The notes: generated from the sequence alone by a model not told the origin. 64,000 bases of DNA from Lingula anatina (GCA_051362555.1 CM120643.1:558001-622000), one strand, 5' to 3'; counted from the stretch's first letter, positions 1 to 13,324 are shown. Numbers and translations: made by a program.

Positions 1-199
1 GTCAAAAGTCAAATCCAAGGGCATATTTGGAATCTCCACATATGACTTTCGGCCATTCGTATGGACCCCCCCCAAAAAAAAAAAAAAAAAGGGACACCAC
101 CACCAGTCTTGTGCTTGACAAGCTGTATAAAATGCAATCAACAAGAATAATCAAAATATGCAAAAAAAAAAAAAAAAAAAAAAAACACTAAAAATGGTA

Positions 200-1670
200 C
201 AATCAAAGTTCAATTCATGATGAAAAGAAGGTCAAATGTCAATTTCAAGGTCACACTTAGATTGCCAGTATATGACTTCCTATTCAAGTTCAAAAGTAAC
301 TATGGACCTATCTCTGCCACTTTTGGAGATAAAAAGGAAACAAAATTTGCAAAGTTCAATTCATGATGAAAAGTAGGTCAAAGGTCAATTTCAAGGTCAT
401 GCTTAGATTGCCAGTATATGACTTCCTATTCAAGTTCAAAAGTAACTATGGACCTATCTCTGCCACTTTTGGAGATAAAAAGGAAACAAAATTTGCAAAG
501 TTCAATTCATGATGAAAAGTAGGTCAAAGGTCAATTTCAAGGTCATGCTTAGATTGCCAGTATATGACTTCCTATTCAAGTTCAAAAGTAACTATGGACC
601 TATCTCCGCCACTTTTGGAGATAAAAAGGAAACAAAATTTGCAAAGTTCAGCTCATGGTGAAAAGTAGGTCAAAGGTCAATTTAAAGGTCACAGTAAGAT
701 TACAAGCATATGACTTCCTCTTCAACTCCAATGACTCCAATGACTTTCTTTTCAAATTCAATAGTAACTATGGGCGTATATTTGCCAGTTTGAAAGTATA
801 AGCATTAAAAAAGTTGCAAAGTTCACTTTATGGTGTAAAGTAGGTCAAAGGTCAATTTCAAGGTCACAGTAAGATTACAAGCATATGACTTCCTCTTCAA
901 CTCCAATAGTAACTATGGACCTATTTCTGCCAGGTTTGGAGTTAAAAGAGAAAGAAATTAGCAAAGTTCAGTTCATGGCAAAAAGTAGGTCAAAGGTCAA
1001 TTTTAAGGTCACAGTAAATTGCCAGTACATGACTTCCTATCCAAGTTCAATAGAAACAATGCACCTATCTCTGCCAGTTTTGGAGGTAAAAGGGAACCAA
1101 AATTTGGAAAGTTCAATTCATGATGAAAAGTAGGTCAAAGGTCAATTTCAAGGTCACATTCAGATTGCCAGTATATGACTTCCTAATCAAGTTCAATAGT
1201 AACTATGGACCTATCTTTGCCAGTTTTGAAAGTATAAGCTTTAAAAAAGTTACAAAGTTCAGTTTATGGTGTAAAGTAGGTCAAAGGTCAATTTCAAGGT
1301 CACAGTAAATTGCCAATATATGACCTCCTATTCAAGTTCAACAGTAACTATGGACCTATCTCTGCCAGTTTTGAAGATAAAAGGGAACCAAAATTTGCAA
1401 AGTTCAATTCATGATGAAAAGTTGGTCAAAGGTCAATTTCAAGGTCACACTTAGATTGCCTGTATATGCTTTCACATTCAAATTCAATAGTAACTATGGG
1501 CATATCTTTGCCAGTTTTGGAGATAAAAGGGAACAAAAATTTGCAGTTCAGTTCATGGTAAAAAGTAGGTCAAAGGTCAATTTTAATGTCACAGTAAATT
1601 GCCAGTATATGATTTTCTACTCAAGTTCAGTAGTAACTATGGACCTATCTCTGCCAGTTTTGGAGATATA
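200..1670. repeat. ~146-bp satellite, about 10 diverged units
   Basis: AGTAGGTCAAAGGTCAATTTCAAGGTCA...TATGACTTCCTATTCAAGTTCAA recurs at ~229, 375, 521, 667, 842, 988, 1132, 1278, 1424 and 1567. Confidence 0.95.
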
Positions 1671-2157
1671 AGGGACTAAATGTTATAATTTTGGAGTTAC
1701 AATAATGTGCCATAAATTTCCTACAGAAAAAATTAATTAAAATAAAGAAAAGGTCATTTTGTTCAAAATTTTTGAAATGGGAGGTGCTCTGAAATTTCAG
1801 ATGTTCAAATTTGATGAAATAATGTCATTTTTGACCACAAGTTGTCTGCCTCGCCAAGCCTTATGTTTTATTTTTTCGGAGTTCAAAATTTATTATCGAT
1901 GGACCTATCTCTGCCAGTTTTGGAGATATAAGGGACTTAATGTTATAATTTTGGAGTTACAATAATGTGCCATAAATTTCCTACAGAAAAAATTAATTAA
2001 AATAAAGAAAAGGTCATTTTGTTCAAAATTTTTGAAATGGGAGGTGCTCTGAAATTCCAGATGTTCAAATTTGATGAAATAATGTCATTTTTGACCGCAA
2101 GTTGTCTGCCTCGCCAAGCCTTATGTTTTATTTTTTCGGAGTTCAAAATTTATTATC
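1639..2157. repeat. Near-identical 260-bp direct tandem duplication
   Basis: 1639-1897 is repeated at 1899-2157 with very few substitutions. Confidence 0.95.
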
Positions 2158-2954
2158 CATTACCGTACTGCACATTTTTCTTTCAACACCAATATGTACT
2201 TTTTGATACAGTGTAACGCGAAAACCGTATGGAATACAAAAAAACGGAGACCACTTCCAGTGTTGGGCTTTACATGCTCTACAAAATGCAAAAAAGAATG
2301 GGTCTCTAGCATTAACGGTTCCCGAATTAGAGACAGTTTTCAGTTTCGGTATCTTATGGCCGCTACTCCCGTGAAAATGCACCGATTGACCCCAAATTCA
2401 CGGAGATGAAAGATGACCCGAAGGTAACACTTTCCAATAATATTGTTGGTTTAGTCTGTGTGGTGTCTGAATAAAAGGCAATTAATTTTTTTTTTCGTAA
2501 AAACTTTTGTTTTTTTTTTTTTAATATTGGCCCGTTTGACCTTGAAATAAAGGTCAAAGGTCAAATCCAAGGGCATATTTTAAGTCTACACGTATGACTT
2601 TTGGAAAGCCGTCTGTAGAAATTTTTCCCATAATTCCTTCCATAGGGTAGATAATTAGCATTTAATTTTGCCATTTTTGGACAAGGGTGCATTGCAATGA
2701 GTGCCACACCTAGACCCCAATACCGACAAAGCCCAAATTTTACGTGGAACGAGTTGAGATTATAGGTGACCCAAATCCAAGAGATGGGTACGGAGGCCCT
2801 TACCGTCTAGGAGGAGAAGCGGTAACGGTGAGATGGCGGCGGAGCCGGCGGAGCCGGCGGAACATGCGGGTCGGGACTAAAACTATGTTTTATGCCTACG
2901 CTGGTGGTACAATAATGACACTTTCAGATCCCTAACAACACAATACATGCCTCT

Positions 2955-4300
2955 GGAAAAAGCTCCTTTTCAGCGATTTTTCAATACTGCATACAGGAAT
3001 ACATGTATGAGAACAAATAAGAATGTGAGATTGGTATAATAAATAAAATGAAATAAAATGCGACCACTGAAAAAAATATGCGTTTCTTGAGTATGAACAC
3101 TTATGAAGTCGAAAAAATTGATAAATGGAATACTTGATATTTACTACTGATCAAAAACATCTGTTCAAAACCACTCCGCCTGCGTTCGCCGATGACCGTG
3201 TAACATGTATAGCTATCATATTACACACGTGTTGGGAGGGGGGGGGGGGGTCCGTCCAAAGCCGCACCACCAAAACTGAGACAAAAAGACCAACTACCTG
3301 TACGTACCATTCTGACGAAAATAGGGCCAGCAAACAGAAACAACAACAAAGATCGATTAAAAAGGGCAACCCAATATTTTCCCTTCCCAGACAGTATAGT
3401 ACGTCCCGCACGAAAATGCAGTAGAAAGCGCAGTAGACAACTGCAATCATACTGCAAACATGCTTCAAATCTGCTTCGATTTGGGAGCTAATTAGCATAT
3501 TTGAAACATGCTTCTATCATGCTGCTAATCTACTGCATTAATGCTTCTCCTCTGTACAACCCTATGTAATTTTTGGAGTAGAATTGCAATAGGCTATACT
3601 GCATTTCTACTGCAAATATGCTCCACACCATTAAGTAGGCCTACTGCGTTAATGCTTCTTTGCTACTTCGTTACTACGTACTGCATTTTCGTGCATTTTA
3701 TCATCCGTCACAAATAAAGTTGACAACATGTAATGCAAAAGTTGTCTTATTTTTCTCAATCTTAACGTACCTTGCAATCTCTCCTCTGTCACCGTCGAGC
3801 TCAAAGTGAAAATACGACGCAGCACAATTTTAGGAATCTTAATTATCTTGCATCACGTGACCGATACCGAAACCGGGAAATATTATGGAGAAACCGAAAT
3901 CAAAAAAATATTAAAGCGATGCCAGCTCAAGTGGTAGGAAAAGTGCCTTAGAGATTGTCCTGTGGAAGACGACAATTACCATTTTGGCGTGCGTAACATT
4001 AAAATCATGGATTTTTCATACTCACCCCATTGCTGGTTGGGTCAGGCGAAAAAGGGGGGGGGCTGGAGACAGAAAAATGCCCGCGTTTTGTACACTATTT
4101 CTGCTGCCGAGGCTTGGGATTTCATAGTAAATCCAGAAGTTCATTAACAATGTCTTCCCACCTTCAGGGTCACTCCACTGGTGATAAGAAAACAGAGACC
4201 CGAGCTCTCGTGTCTTGACCCCGCCTGTCCTGCCCGGGGACTTGTCCTGCCAGGGTACTAATCTCTGTGAACGGCGTCAGTTTTACTACCCTTGATATAC
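2955..4300 (-). repeat. Copy A of the duplicated putative promoter/first-exon module
   Basis: Collinear homology with 4490-5800 and 35010-40230. AACGTACCTTGCAATCTCTCCTCTGTCACCGTCGAGCTCAAAGTGAAAATACGACGCA is identical in all three. Confidence 0.9.
3405..3694. mobile_element. Small TIR element inserted in copy A
   Basis: GCACGAAAATGCAGTA (3408-3423) and its reverse complement (3679-3694). The segment is absent from the paralogous sites at ~5160 and ~39596. Confidence 0.7.
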
Positions 4301-4862
4301 TTGTACCCTCTATCAGGGACACATATTGATTTTTCACTAGATATTAAAAAATAAATTGTCTCTGGTTAAATAGATGGCTAATCTCTGTACTGTGAGCCTG
4401 TGCTGAAATCTCAAGGATGATTACATGGCTGGTAATTGTTTGCATAACTACTCAGGCACTGTCACACAGCAAGTCCCTACCAATTCCCCTTGAAAAAGCT
4501 CCATTCAGAGCTCATTCAATACTGCATACACGAATACATGTATGAGATCAAATAAGAACGTGGGATTGGTAAAAATATTAATAAAATGCGACCACTTAAA
4601 ATAACGCGTCATTAACTATGAACATTTTTATGAAGTCGGAAAAAAAATGATAAATTAAATACTTGATAATAACTACTGACCAAAAACATCTGATCAAAAA
4701 CACCCCGCCTGCGTTCGCCGAAGACCGTGTAACATGTAGCTATCATTGACACAGGGGGGGGGGGAAGGGGAGGAGTCCGTCCAAAGCCGCACCACCAAAA
4801 CTGAGACAAGAAGACCAACTTCAGACCATATTGGCGAAAGTACGGCCAATGCCTGGTACTTT

Positions 4863-4997
4863 CACCCTGAGCTTCAGAGCTAACTTGACACTAACCTTTT
4901 CGCTGTAGCCTATCTCCATCGTGTCAAGTTACTTGACACGATGGAGATAGGCTACAGTGAAAAGGTTAGTGTCAAGTTAGCTCTGAAGCTCAGGGTG
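4863..4997. mobile_element. 135-bp near-perfect palindromic MITE with 8-bp TSD (hAT-type TSD length)
   Basis: CACCCTGAGCTTCAGAGC...GCTCTGAAGCTCAGGGTG fold-back. TSD GGTACTTT at 4855-4862 and 4998-5005. Empty site in the paralogous copy at ~37212. Confidence 0.92.
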
Positions 4998-6040
4998 GGT
5001 ACTTTCGGAACTGATATTTTCAGATTCTCCTCATTATTCTCTAACATCAATGTTTATAGATCTACGTGAACTGCTGTATCAGCATTTCAGCAGCAAAGAT
5101 AAACAGCGATAAAAAAGCCTCGATAAAAAAGCAACCCGATATGTTCACTCCCCAGACAGTAATTTTTATCACCAGTCACCAATAAAGTTGACAGCATAGC
5201 AAAAGTTGTCTTATTTTTTCTTTCTCTTTCATAACGTACCTTGCAATCTCTCCTCTGTCACCGTCGAGCTCAAAGTGAAAATACGACGCAACGCACATTT
5301 AGGAACCTTAACTATCTTACATCGCGTAACCGATACCGAAACCGGGAAATACTAGGGAGAAATCGAAACCAAAAACTATTAAAGCGATACCAGCTCTTTA
5401 TTTTGGCAGGAAATGTGCCATAAAACAGATTATCCTGATTATCCTGAGGAAAACGACAATTAACAGTTTGGCAAGCGTAACATTATAATCGTGGATTTTG
5501 AGCATATCTATGTATGTTTTTCATACTCACCCCATCGCTGGGGCAGGCGAAAAAAAAAAAGGTTGGTGGAGACAGCAAATTGCCTGCGTTTGACACCCTG
5601 TATGTTCACTTTATCTGCTGCCGAGACTTGGGATTTTGTAATTAAAAACAGCAGTGTATTAACAGTGTCTTCCGTGCAGGCTTTTCCCGCTGGTGATAAG
5701 GAAACAGAGACCCGAGCTCCCGTGTCTTGATCCCGCCTGTCCTGCCCGATGACTGATCTCTGTGAAAGGCGTCTGCCTTAGCACCCTTGATATATACCTG
5801 TAGGTATGCCTGGGGGCCTTTTGTTTCTTTTGAGACAAATCCTTGAGCGTTCATTGGTTGCTGGTGAGATCAATGCCGCGTTGGGTGGGGGGGGGGGGGG
5901 GGGGGTCTGCAAAATGCATACCGGGCGACATTGGATAATTTCAAGCGATATTAGCATACAAAAATATTACATTAAAATTAATTGAAAAATCTAACTGTTA
6001 ATATATTACATACAAAGATGCCGTGTGTGTTGAACCCCGC

Positions 6041-6199
6041 CCCACAGACACCCACCCACACACACACAACCACACACCCACACAGACACACACACACACA
6101 CAGACACCCCCCACACACACACATACATACACACACACACACAGACACACACACACATACACACAGACACCCACACACACACACACACAGACACCCACA

Positions 6200-6238
<39 letters not shown>

Positions 6239-6332
6239 CCACACACACACACACACACACACGCATACACACACACAGACACACACACACAGACACTCCC
6301 CCCACACACACATACACATACACACACACACG

Positions 6333-6379
<47 letters not shown>

Positions 6380-6384
6380 CCACA

Positions 6385-6425
<41 letters not shown>

Positions 6426-6603
6426 CCACACACACACACACACACACGCATACACACACACACACAAACACACACACACATACATACACACACGCATACA
6501 CATACACACACAAACACACACACACATACATACACACACACGCGCATACACACACACACACACACACACACGCACGCCCCCCCCCCCCCCCCACACACAC
6601 ACA
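6041..6603. repeat. Compound (CA)n microsatellite with recurring CAGACACCCA interruptions
   Basis: Seen directly; it is the source of the spurious HT/CV-repeat ORFs. Confidence 0.98.
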
Positions 6604-7788
6604 GCAAATCTGTAAACCGGTCGACCAGGTTAAGCCCAGCTGCAGCGTTCAAAACACGCCTAGCTATAGGTGGATTTTTATTAAAACATTTCTCAGAATT
6701 AAGTGTGAAGAAACCAATTTTGTTTATGTCTCAAGCACAGTTTTATATTTGGGTGAAACGTATTTATACAAATATTTTGTGTATTTTTTTTTCAACGCTG
6801 AATCTACAAATGTTTTAATCAACGATCTCTGGCCTTTCATAATTTTTCTATTGTATTCATCCTATTGTTTATTATTTTGCATTGTTTATTACATATTTTG
6901 TTGTTATTATTTATTTATTAATTTGTAGACAGACTGTGATTTGTAGATTCAGCGTTTTGTACTCCAATATACAAATTGCGGGTTGAGATATTTCTGAAGG
7001 ATAAAGATTTCTTGAACAATTTTTCGATATAAAACATTGATTTCTGCTTAACAGACTGTTGTTTAAAGTTAGCCTCTGTACTAACAGCATCGTCTGGATA
7101 CGTCTTCAGCGTGATCATTCACGCACTCCTGTCTGTTATTTTCTGTGACTTCCCAATATTTCAAATTTTTAACTTTTAATTGCTGTGCTGTGTTTACTTT
7201 TTATTTTTCTGGTTAACACTGGACCATTTACGTTGACAATGGCGCTTATTGTACCTTTTCCACGTACTGTTGTATTGACCGTTTTCGCCGAAATATCATT
7301 ATTATCTCGACATAACAGTGCTTTCCGTGTCAATAAGAAAATAGAAAATCAACTCGTTTAGTATTTGTCAGCCCTGTATCTGACTAGACCCTGGCTTTCA
7401 GAGGTCAATAAGTAAAAATTTGCGTCTCTAGTAACAAGGTGCGTCTGTTATTTGCAGCGACTTGTATAAATACGGGTGCAGCAGGTTCAGTCACCGTCTC
7501 TTATTTTTTGTGATTTCTCAGTGCTGAAATATTACGAAAGTAAGGTGCCTTTTACAAATTTTTATGTTAGTAAACCCGCATTAAAGATGCTTTTTAAATT
7601 CGACCAGAAATTCAGTTTTGATAATATTAGCTGGCTGTCCCGAGTGCTGCGCGTGCACTGATGCTGTTATACTTATAGATTTTTACTTGCAAACAAAAAA
7701 ACTAAAAAAAAACGCCACTGAGCAGTGATCATTTGTTAATCTGTAAAATATTTATTTCATTACAAAATCAATAAACACAATGGTGTTG

Positions 7789-8013
7789 CAGTGGCGGATT
7801 TAAGGGGGGTTAGGGGGGTCCTGACCCCTCCTCCTTCGATTTTTGAAAAATATCACACCAATTTTTAATAGTCCCCTTTGAAATTAGAATTTTGGCTAGC
7901 TGAATCATAGTTCTAAACAGTACTAAATGGAACCGTTTGCCCTCTAAAATAACAGAAAAGGTGGGGGGATCGGCTTACATATGCAGACCCCCCTCTTCAA
8001 ATATTCCTGGATT
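7789..8013. mobile_element. CAGTGGCGGAT/CAGGGGCGGAT-ended MITE family copy
   Basis: Shares the core AGAATTTTGRCTAGCTGAATCATAGTTCTAAAC with 35250-35497, 40395-40645 and 52885-53112. Confidence 0.8.
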
Positions 8014-9910
8014 CCCCCCCCCCCCACGCCAACTGATTAGAACAAATGATGTAGAAATTAAAAATGTTACTTAACCATTCTCTTTAAAAACTTGTTTAAA
8101 AATTCTATTTGTTAACTTTTTCAAAAAGATACGTTTTGAGTTCCCTTTAATTAGCAATGATAGCGCTGCTTTTTGAGAGAGTATAAGGTTTATAATCAAC
8201 TTTATCTGCGAACAGTTTCAAATTCTAAAGTCTAATTATCATAATGACTTTTATTATTTTCATTTGTTTACCCTAATCCTTCACTTTCAAAACGGTTATG
8301 CGAGGTCCATTAAACCAGAATTAATTTCGCTATCCATCGTTTCACTTTTATAATTCATATCAAACGTGGTCAATTATTCAACACATGTAGTATATAATAA
8401 ATCCATCATTGCATTACATTATCAAAAACTGTATTTGTAAAGGAATAGCTGTACTAGTACATTTTCCATGTTAATATTTAAAAAAGTGAATGAAGGTATT
8501 TTAAATTGAATTACTATACATTTCAATTCAAAACAAAACATGTAAATTAACCAAAATTTTATTGTTGAAATTCATTCAATAAGAGACCAATATCTCTTTT
8601 AAACACCATTTAATAAAAATTAGATAAACATAAGTGCTATCCTAACTTAATCATGATGCACTTAACCTTAATTTGCCTCAATTAAACATAATATCAAAAT
8701 TAACAAATTTTGTGTTTATAGTTTGCTATATAAGTGAGATCGAAAGCAGTTTTGTCACAAATGTCAAAAACTGTTATTGCTCAGGAGAGATATTTAGACG
8801 TGCCATTCAGTTTCAGTGTGACACAGGTAGTGTTGTAAAGTGCTGCAGTACTGGTACAAACATCACACAGGTTAATTTAGGGGTAGAGCATTGATCTCAT
8901 ATCCATCTGAGAGTTCAGGGTAGTTTAAATGCTATAGCAATCTTAATTCCTTTTCCTAAGTGTCCTCTTTGTGTTTCTTCCCAAATATGAGTAGTATTGA
9001 ACATGCCTCTAGATTTGGGGAATTTGCTAGTTTGTGACAAAATACCTTTTGATCTCTATAATCCATCAAGCCAAAGAAAATCATTCATTAAAATCAGATG
9101 AGTGGAGATGCTATTCTACATGTTGATAATGCTGCAGTTAACCCTAATTGTATATAATATAGTAACTGACAGTCAATATTAAAATGACAGATAAATAAAG
9201 TTAACATATTATACATAATTATTAGACATCATTTTATCATGTGCAAAAAAAAAATTTACTGGACTTGCAAAGTTCAAGACATATGGTCTTCAAGCAATAT
9301 CTGAATTTGACAGTTTTCCCCCTTTTCTAATTTTGGAAGGGGCCCCAAATAATTTCAGGTGTTACAGTAATAAACTTACCATCAAAGGCACAACTAAGAC
9401 ATTTTCAGCACACATGGAAAACAAAACTGAATCCACTTTGTGATATGTGATTAAATAAGCAACCCCCCCCCCCCCACACACACACACACACACAAATAGG
9501 TCTAATGAGCGCAAAATAATCCAAACCAACCAACATCAAAACAAGCAATTTCCTCCCCTATGCCTACATACATACTACGATAATAGCCAGGGCTGCCCTT
9601 CCCCCTCCCCCAGCTTCCCCCTATATAGCTGCAGTTTAAGCACCCAGAATACACACAAGCTAGGGCAGACTTAGCTGATCCTTTGACATTATCTTGGACC
9701 AGATACAGTACAGTGTGATAGGTACAAGATATCATGGTCTAATTATAAACTCAAATGATTCCCTATGCCAATATTTTCATGTTCCCAGCTAAATGTCTAC
9801 ATAGCTTTATTTTTTGTTTGTATGTAAAATCTTACACTATACATGACCTAAAACCAAAATTATATACTAGAATAAAAAGATACATTATATGTGCACTCAA
9901 TTAATTAGGG

Positions 9911-10278
9911 AAAAACAAACTTACATGTAATTATATATAGTACATGTATCTCACTTCCCCTAATCCTTCCAAAAAACAAACTTACATGTAATTATATATG
10001 GTACATGTACCTCACTTCCCCTAATCCTTCCAAAAAACAAACTTACATGTAATTATATATGGTACATGTACCTCACTTCCCCTAATCCTTCCAAAAAACA
10101 AACTTACATGTAATTATATATGGTACATGTACCTCACTTCCCCTAATCCTTCCAAAAAACAAACTTACATGTAATTATATATGGTACATGTACCTCACTT
10201 CCCCTAATCCTTCCAAAAAACAAACTTACATGTAATTATATATGGTATATGTACCTCACTTCCCCTAATCCTTCAAAA
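9911..10278. repeat. 61-bp minisatellite, 6 near-identical copies
   Basis: Unit AAAAAACAAACTTACATGTAATTATATATGGTACATGTACCTCACTTCCCCTAATCCTTCC. Confidence 0.97.
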
Positions 10279-10454
10279 AATCCAATCTAACTAAAATATT
10301 ATCTTAAATTTAAATGAAATAGCAAGAATGCTCATTTTGGACCCTATAGCTACTACAGTACATTGTAGGTTAATAACTTATATTGTCCCTTTATAACAAT
10401 AATAAGAAGTAAATCCTGCAAACCAGCTGCAAACCACCCCCTCAAAAAAAAAAA

Positions 10455-10498
<44 letters not shown>
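10455..10498. repeat. (AAT)n microsatellite
   Basis: Seen directly; similar tracts at ~58113-58160 and ~62631-62669. Confidence 0.95.
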
Positions 10499-10501
<3 letters not shown>

Positions 10502-10862
10502 CTCCAACTCCACTGTATACTTGGCACTACCCACCTAGTTATCTGTAATAATTCTGATTATAGAACAGGTGGCATACGAGGGTATACAGGGAATACCCCC
10601 CCCCCCCCCCCCCCATTAAACACCAATCACCAAGATTAAAATAGCTCAATCACCAATCACCAAGATATATTCAGGCCAATCACCAATCACCAAAAATTCT
10701 TGAATCTTATACCACACATAATATTGGGCTCAAATAACTTATCACACTAAAAAAATAAGTCCAATCACACAGAATGCAAAAGGTATTCCCTACCCTCGCA
10801 TACTGCTTACTAGCATGCTTACTAACTGAAATATTTTATACATATCTTATTTTTTATATATA

Positions 10863-10928
10863 CAGATGCTGATGTTAGAAGAATGTGGTTCACTTATTAT
10901 ATACACATTCTTCTAACATCAGCATCTG
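10863..10928. repeat. Perfect 25-bp inverted repeat with 16-nt loop
   Basis: CAGATGCTGATGTTAGAAGAATGTG / CACATTCTTCTAACATCAGCATCTG. Confidence 0.9.
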
Positions 10929-12008
10929 CCATACACTGCATTATAATCTTAAATGTGATCCCTCTATAATTTAAAAATTCGTTTTAGATTTGTAAAGAAC
11001 AACAACCAAAATCCTTTTAAACTACAGCCTTAATCAGTTCCTTTCAAGTTACCACATTTCATTTTTAAAACAATGAACTATGTTCTATGAAAAATTGTCA
11101 CTTTGCATAACGTGCATGGGTTACGCTGGTGTTTGTATTTGCAGAGGGTGCTCACTGCAATCGATGGAAGTCTTACATTTCAAATCTTACTTAATTGCCA
11201 TAGAGCCTGCTTACTCTAAAGCAATATATTGAAACAAATAATGCTTATTTAAGTAACTATACATTATTAAGCATTACCATATACTCTAGTAATTTTTTCA
11301 TCGCATTTTCCTGTAATTGATGTAAAACTAGCAGCATATATTAACAGCATAAGAAATAGACACAATTACTTGATTTTTCTAAATTAAAAAATGCATGCAC
11401 ATTGATCTGCAAGGATACCTCTTCATATCCCTGCAAAGCACATTTGCTGCAATTTATCTAAATTTTCTAATATTTCACAGCTTACATTTTCTACTAGCTA
11501 CCAGCAAAATAGCTGCATATTATATTGTTTGCATGAATATGCACATCAAATTTCTTTTCTCATAACAGTGGCAAAATTCTGTGATAAAATGTATCAAAAG
11601 AAATCAATCTACATACAAATGCCAACTGTCATGCTTTCTTTCCACAGTTTGTTAACTGACTTTCCTCTACAATATAATGTGGTTTCTAGAACTTTGATGA
11701 ATTTCAAAATTGAAAAAAGGAAAAATTATTTAGAAACAAATTCTGAATAAAAAAATAATAACATGCATATTGTCTTCTAATGGCATTGTTCTTTTACTGC
11801 TCTGTACATCACCTGATCTGGTTTCAGATGTGACTGATGCAAAGTGGAAATATACTGTACCCAGCCTATATATATATACAGTATACAACAGTAATAAAAA
11901 GTTCAAAAAGCATATTATATATATACACCATGAGTGTATGTATGTACAAATAATTTATATCACTTAAATTTCCACCTTATCAGCAAAAAGATACCTAAGA
12001 CTACAACT

Positions 12009-12520
12009 ACATGTATGTTCACTCTTTTTTACACTGTATATATACAAACTAAGACTCACTTCAAACTCCAATAAAAATCTATATACATTTTTTCAGTATA
12101 CTAAAACATGTATTTGGCATTAAAAGCAAAAAGAAAATTAAATGTAATTTACAATGAAGATGTTTTAATCCAACTTTTCAATAAAGAAAAAATATTCCTG
12201 TATATATACCTATAGTCCAATTTGAAACCTATCCAAAATACACAATGTTTTTCATGGATTACCTCAACATGTATGTTCACTCTGTTTTACACTGTATATG
12301 CAATCTAAGGTTCACTTCAAACTCCAAGAAAAATCTTTTTACATTTTTTCAGTATATATACTAAAACATGCATATGACAATAAAACCAAAGAGCAAAATT
12401 TTTATTTACAATGAAGATGTTTTTATCCATCTTTTCAATAAAGAAAAAAATGTTTCTGTCATAGGAATTGTTCTGTATATATACCTGTAGTGCAATATGA
12501 AACCTATCCAAAGTACACAA
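12009..12520. repeat. Degenerate ~260-bp tandem duplication downstream of the sacsin-like last exon
   Basis: CATGTATGTTCACTCT...CACTTCAAACTCCAA...TTTTCAATAAAGAAAAAA...GAAACCTATCCAAA occurs twice. Confidence 0.85.
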
Positions 12521-12682
12521 TTCAAAATTAGTTTCATTTTCCCCCAAGACAATAATTCTCAACACACCCATGTTCATCATGTTGAAGCAATCCTGTAACT
12601 TGACAGTAAAATATCCTGCAAAGCAAATGTTCTCAAAGTAAAAGAAATTTGCATTGATTAGTAACATAAAAAGAGAAGAAAT

Positions 12683-13002
12683 TTACATTGTTCTGTCCAT
12701 TGGCACGCCTTTCTCTGTCAACAATGTCTTGATCTCAGTCAGCAGTTGGCTGGTGATGTCCACAGCTTTTGTTGCTGTGTCCATGTTGTAGACCTCATGT
12801 GGTAGACCATCGGACACCTGTCTGGATAGCGCATGGCAGTGGAATGTGTAAGCAGGGACTGGAGTCGTCTGGACCGCTGTGAAATAGTTGAGCAATTGTC
12901 TGCAAGGTTAAGAGTGTCAGCCATTATAGGCAGGTCGTGACTGTTGTTTTTCAGATTGGCATCGATGGCAAACTGTGCAGCCTTCAGTGCTTTTTCTGCT
13001 GA
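12683..13002 (-). pseudogene. SACS: Sacsin-like last exon (HEPN C-terminal part), frameshifted near 12810-12820
   Basis: Acceptor tatcag|TCA gives SAEKALKAAQFA...HDL...MRYPDR. The expected HEPN tail GLPHEVYNMDTATKAVDITSQLLTEIK...* is in a different frame (ORF 12683..12895). Confidence 0.8.
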
Positions 13003-13324
13003 CTGATATTGTAATATACATATGTGATATAGATAAACTAATTGTATATTTATAATGTTTTAATTTTAAAAAATTGTAAATACTGTTTAGTTTTAACTGT
13101 AGAAAATGAGTAGATTGACAGATCATAAACAAGAAGTGAGTAGATTGACAGAATTTTTGAAAAATTGGGATTACACTCAAAAATTAAAGGAACTTATGAA
13201 ATCTAATAATATATCGTATCAAATTTAATTCAGTTTAAAAAATGAAACTGCAATTTAGGTATTACATATATATTATAATGATCTAATGAAACTGAACCAA
13301 GATTGAACCAGCATTATATCTAAC

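Larger units (their letters stand above)
1..2916. mobile_element. Non-autonomous Helentron/HINE-like element carrying an internal ~146-bp tandem array (left end outside window)
   Basis: Tandem array (200-1670), a further AGGTCAAAGGTCAAATCCAAGGGCATATTT segment (2551, also at 1-30), then a short CGGCGGAGC repeat (2836-2860) and a terminus ending in ATAAT. This layout resembles satellite-bearing HINE/DINE-type elements of molluscs; the family call is inference. Confidence 0.5.
4490..7290 (-). repeat. Copy B of the duplicated module (longer, extends through the CA tract)
   Basis: Collinear with 35010-35572, 37202-37320 and 39586-41305. Confidence 0.9.

Noticed and set aside
885-2216. Repeated short ORFs (MKSRSKVNFKVT..., MFKIFEMGG...)
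   Set aside because: They are products of the satellite and the 260-bp duplication, with no domain or splice structure.
5978-6928. Long His/Thr- and Cys/Val-rich ORFs
   Set aside because: They are translations of the (CA)n microsatellite, open in several frames on both strands.
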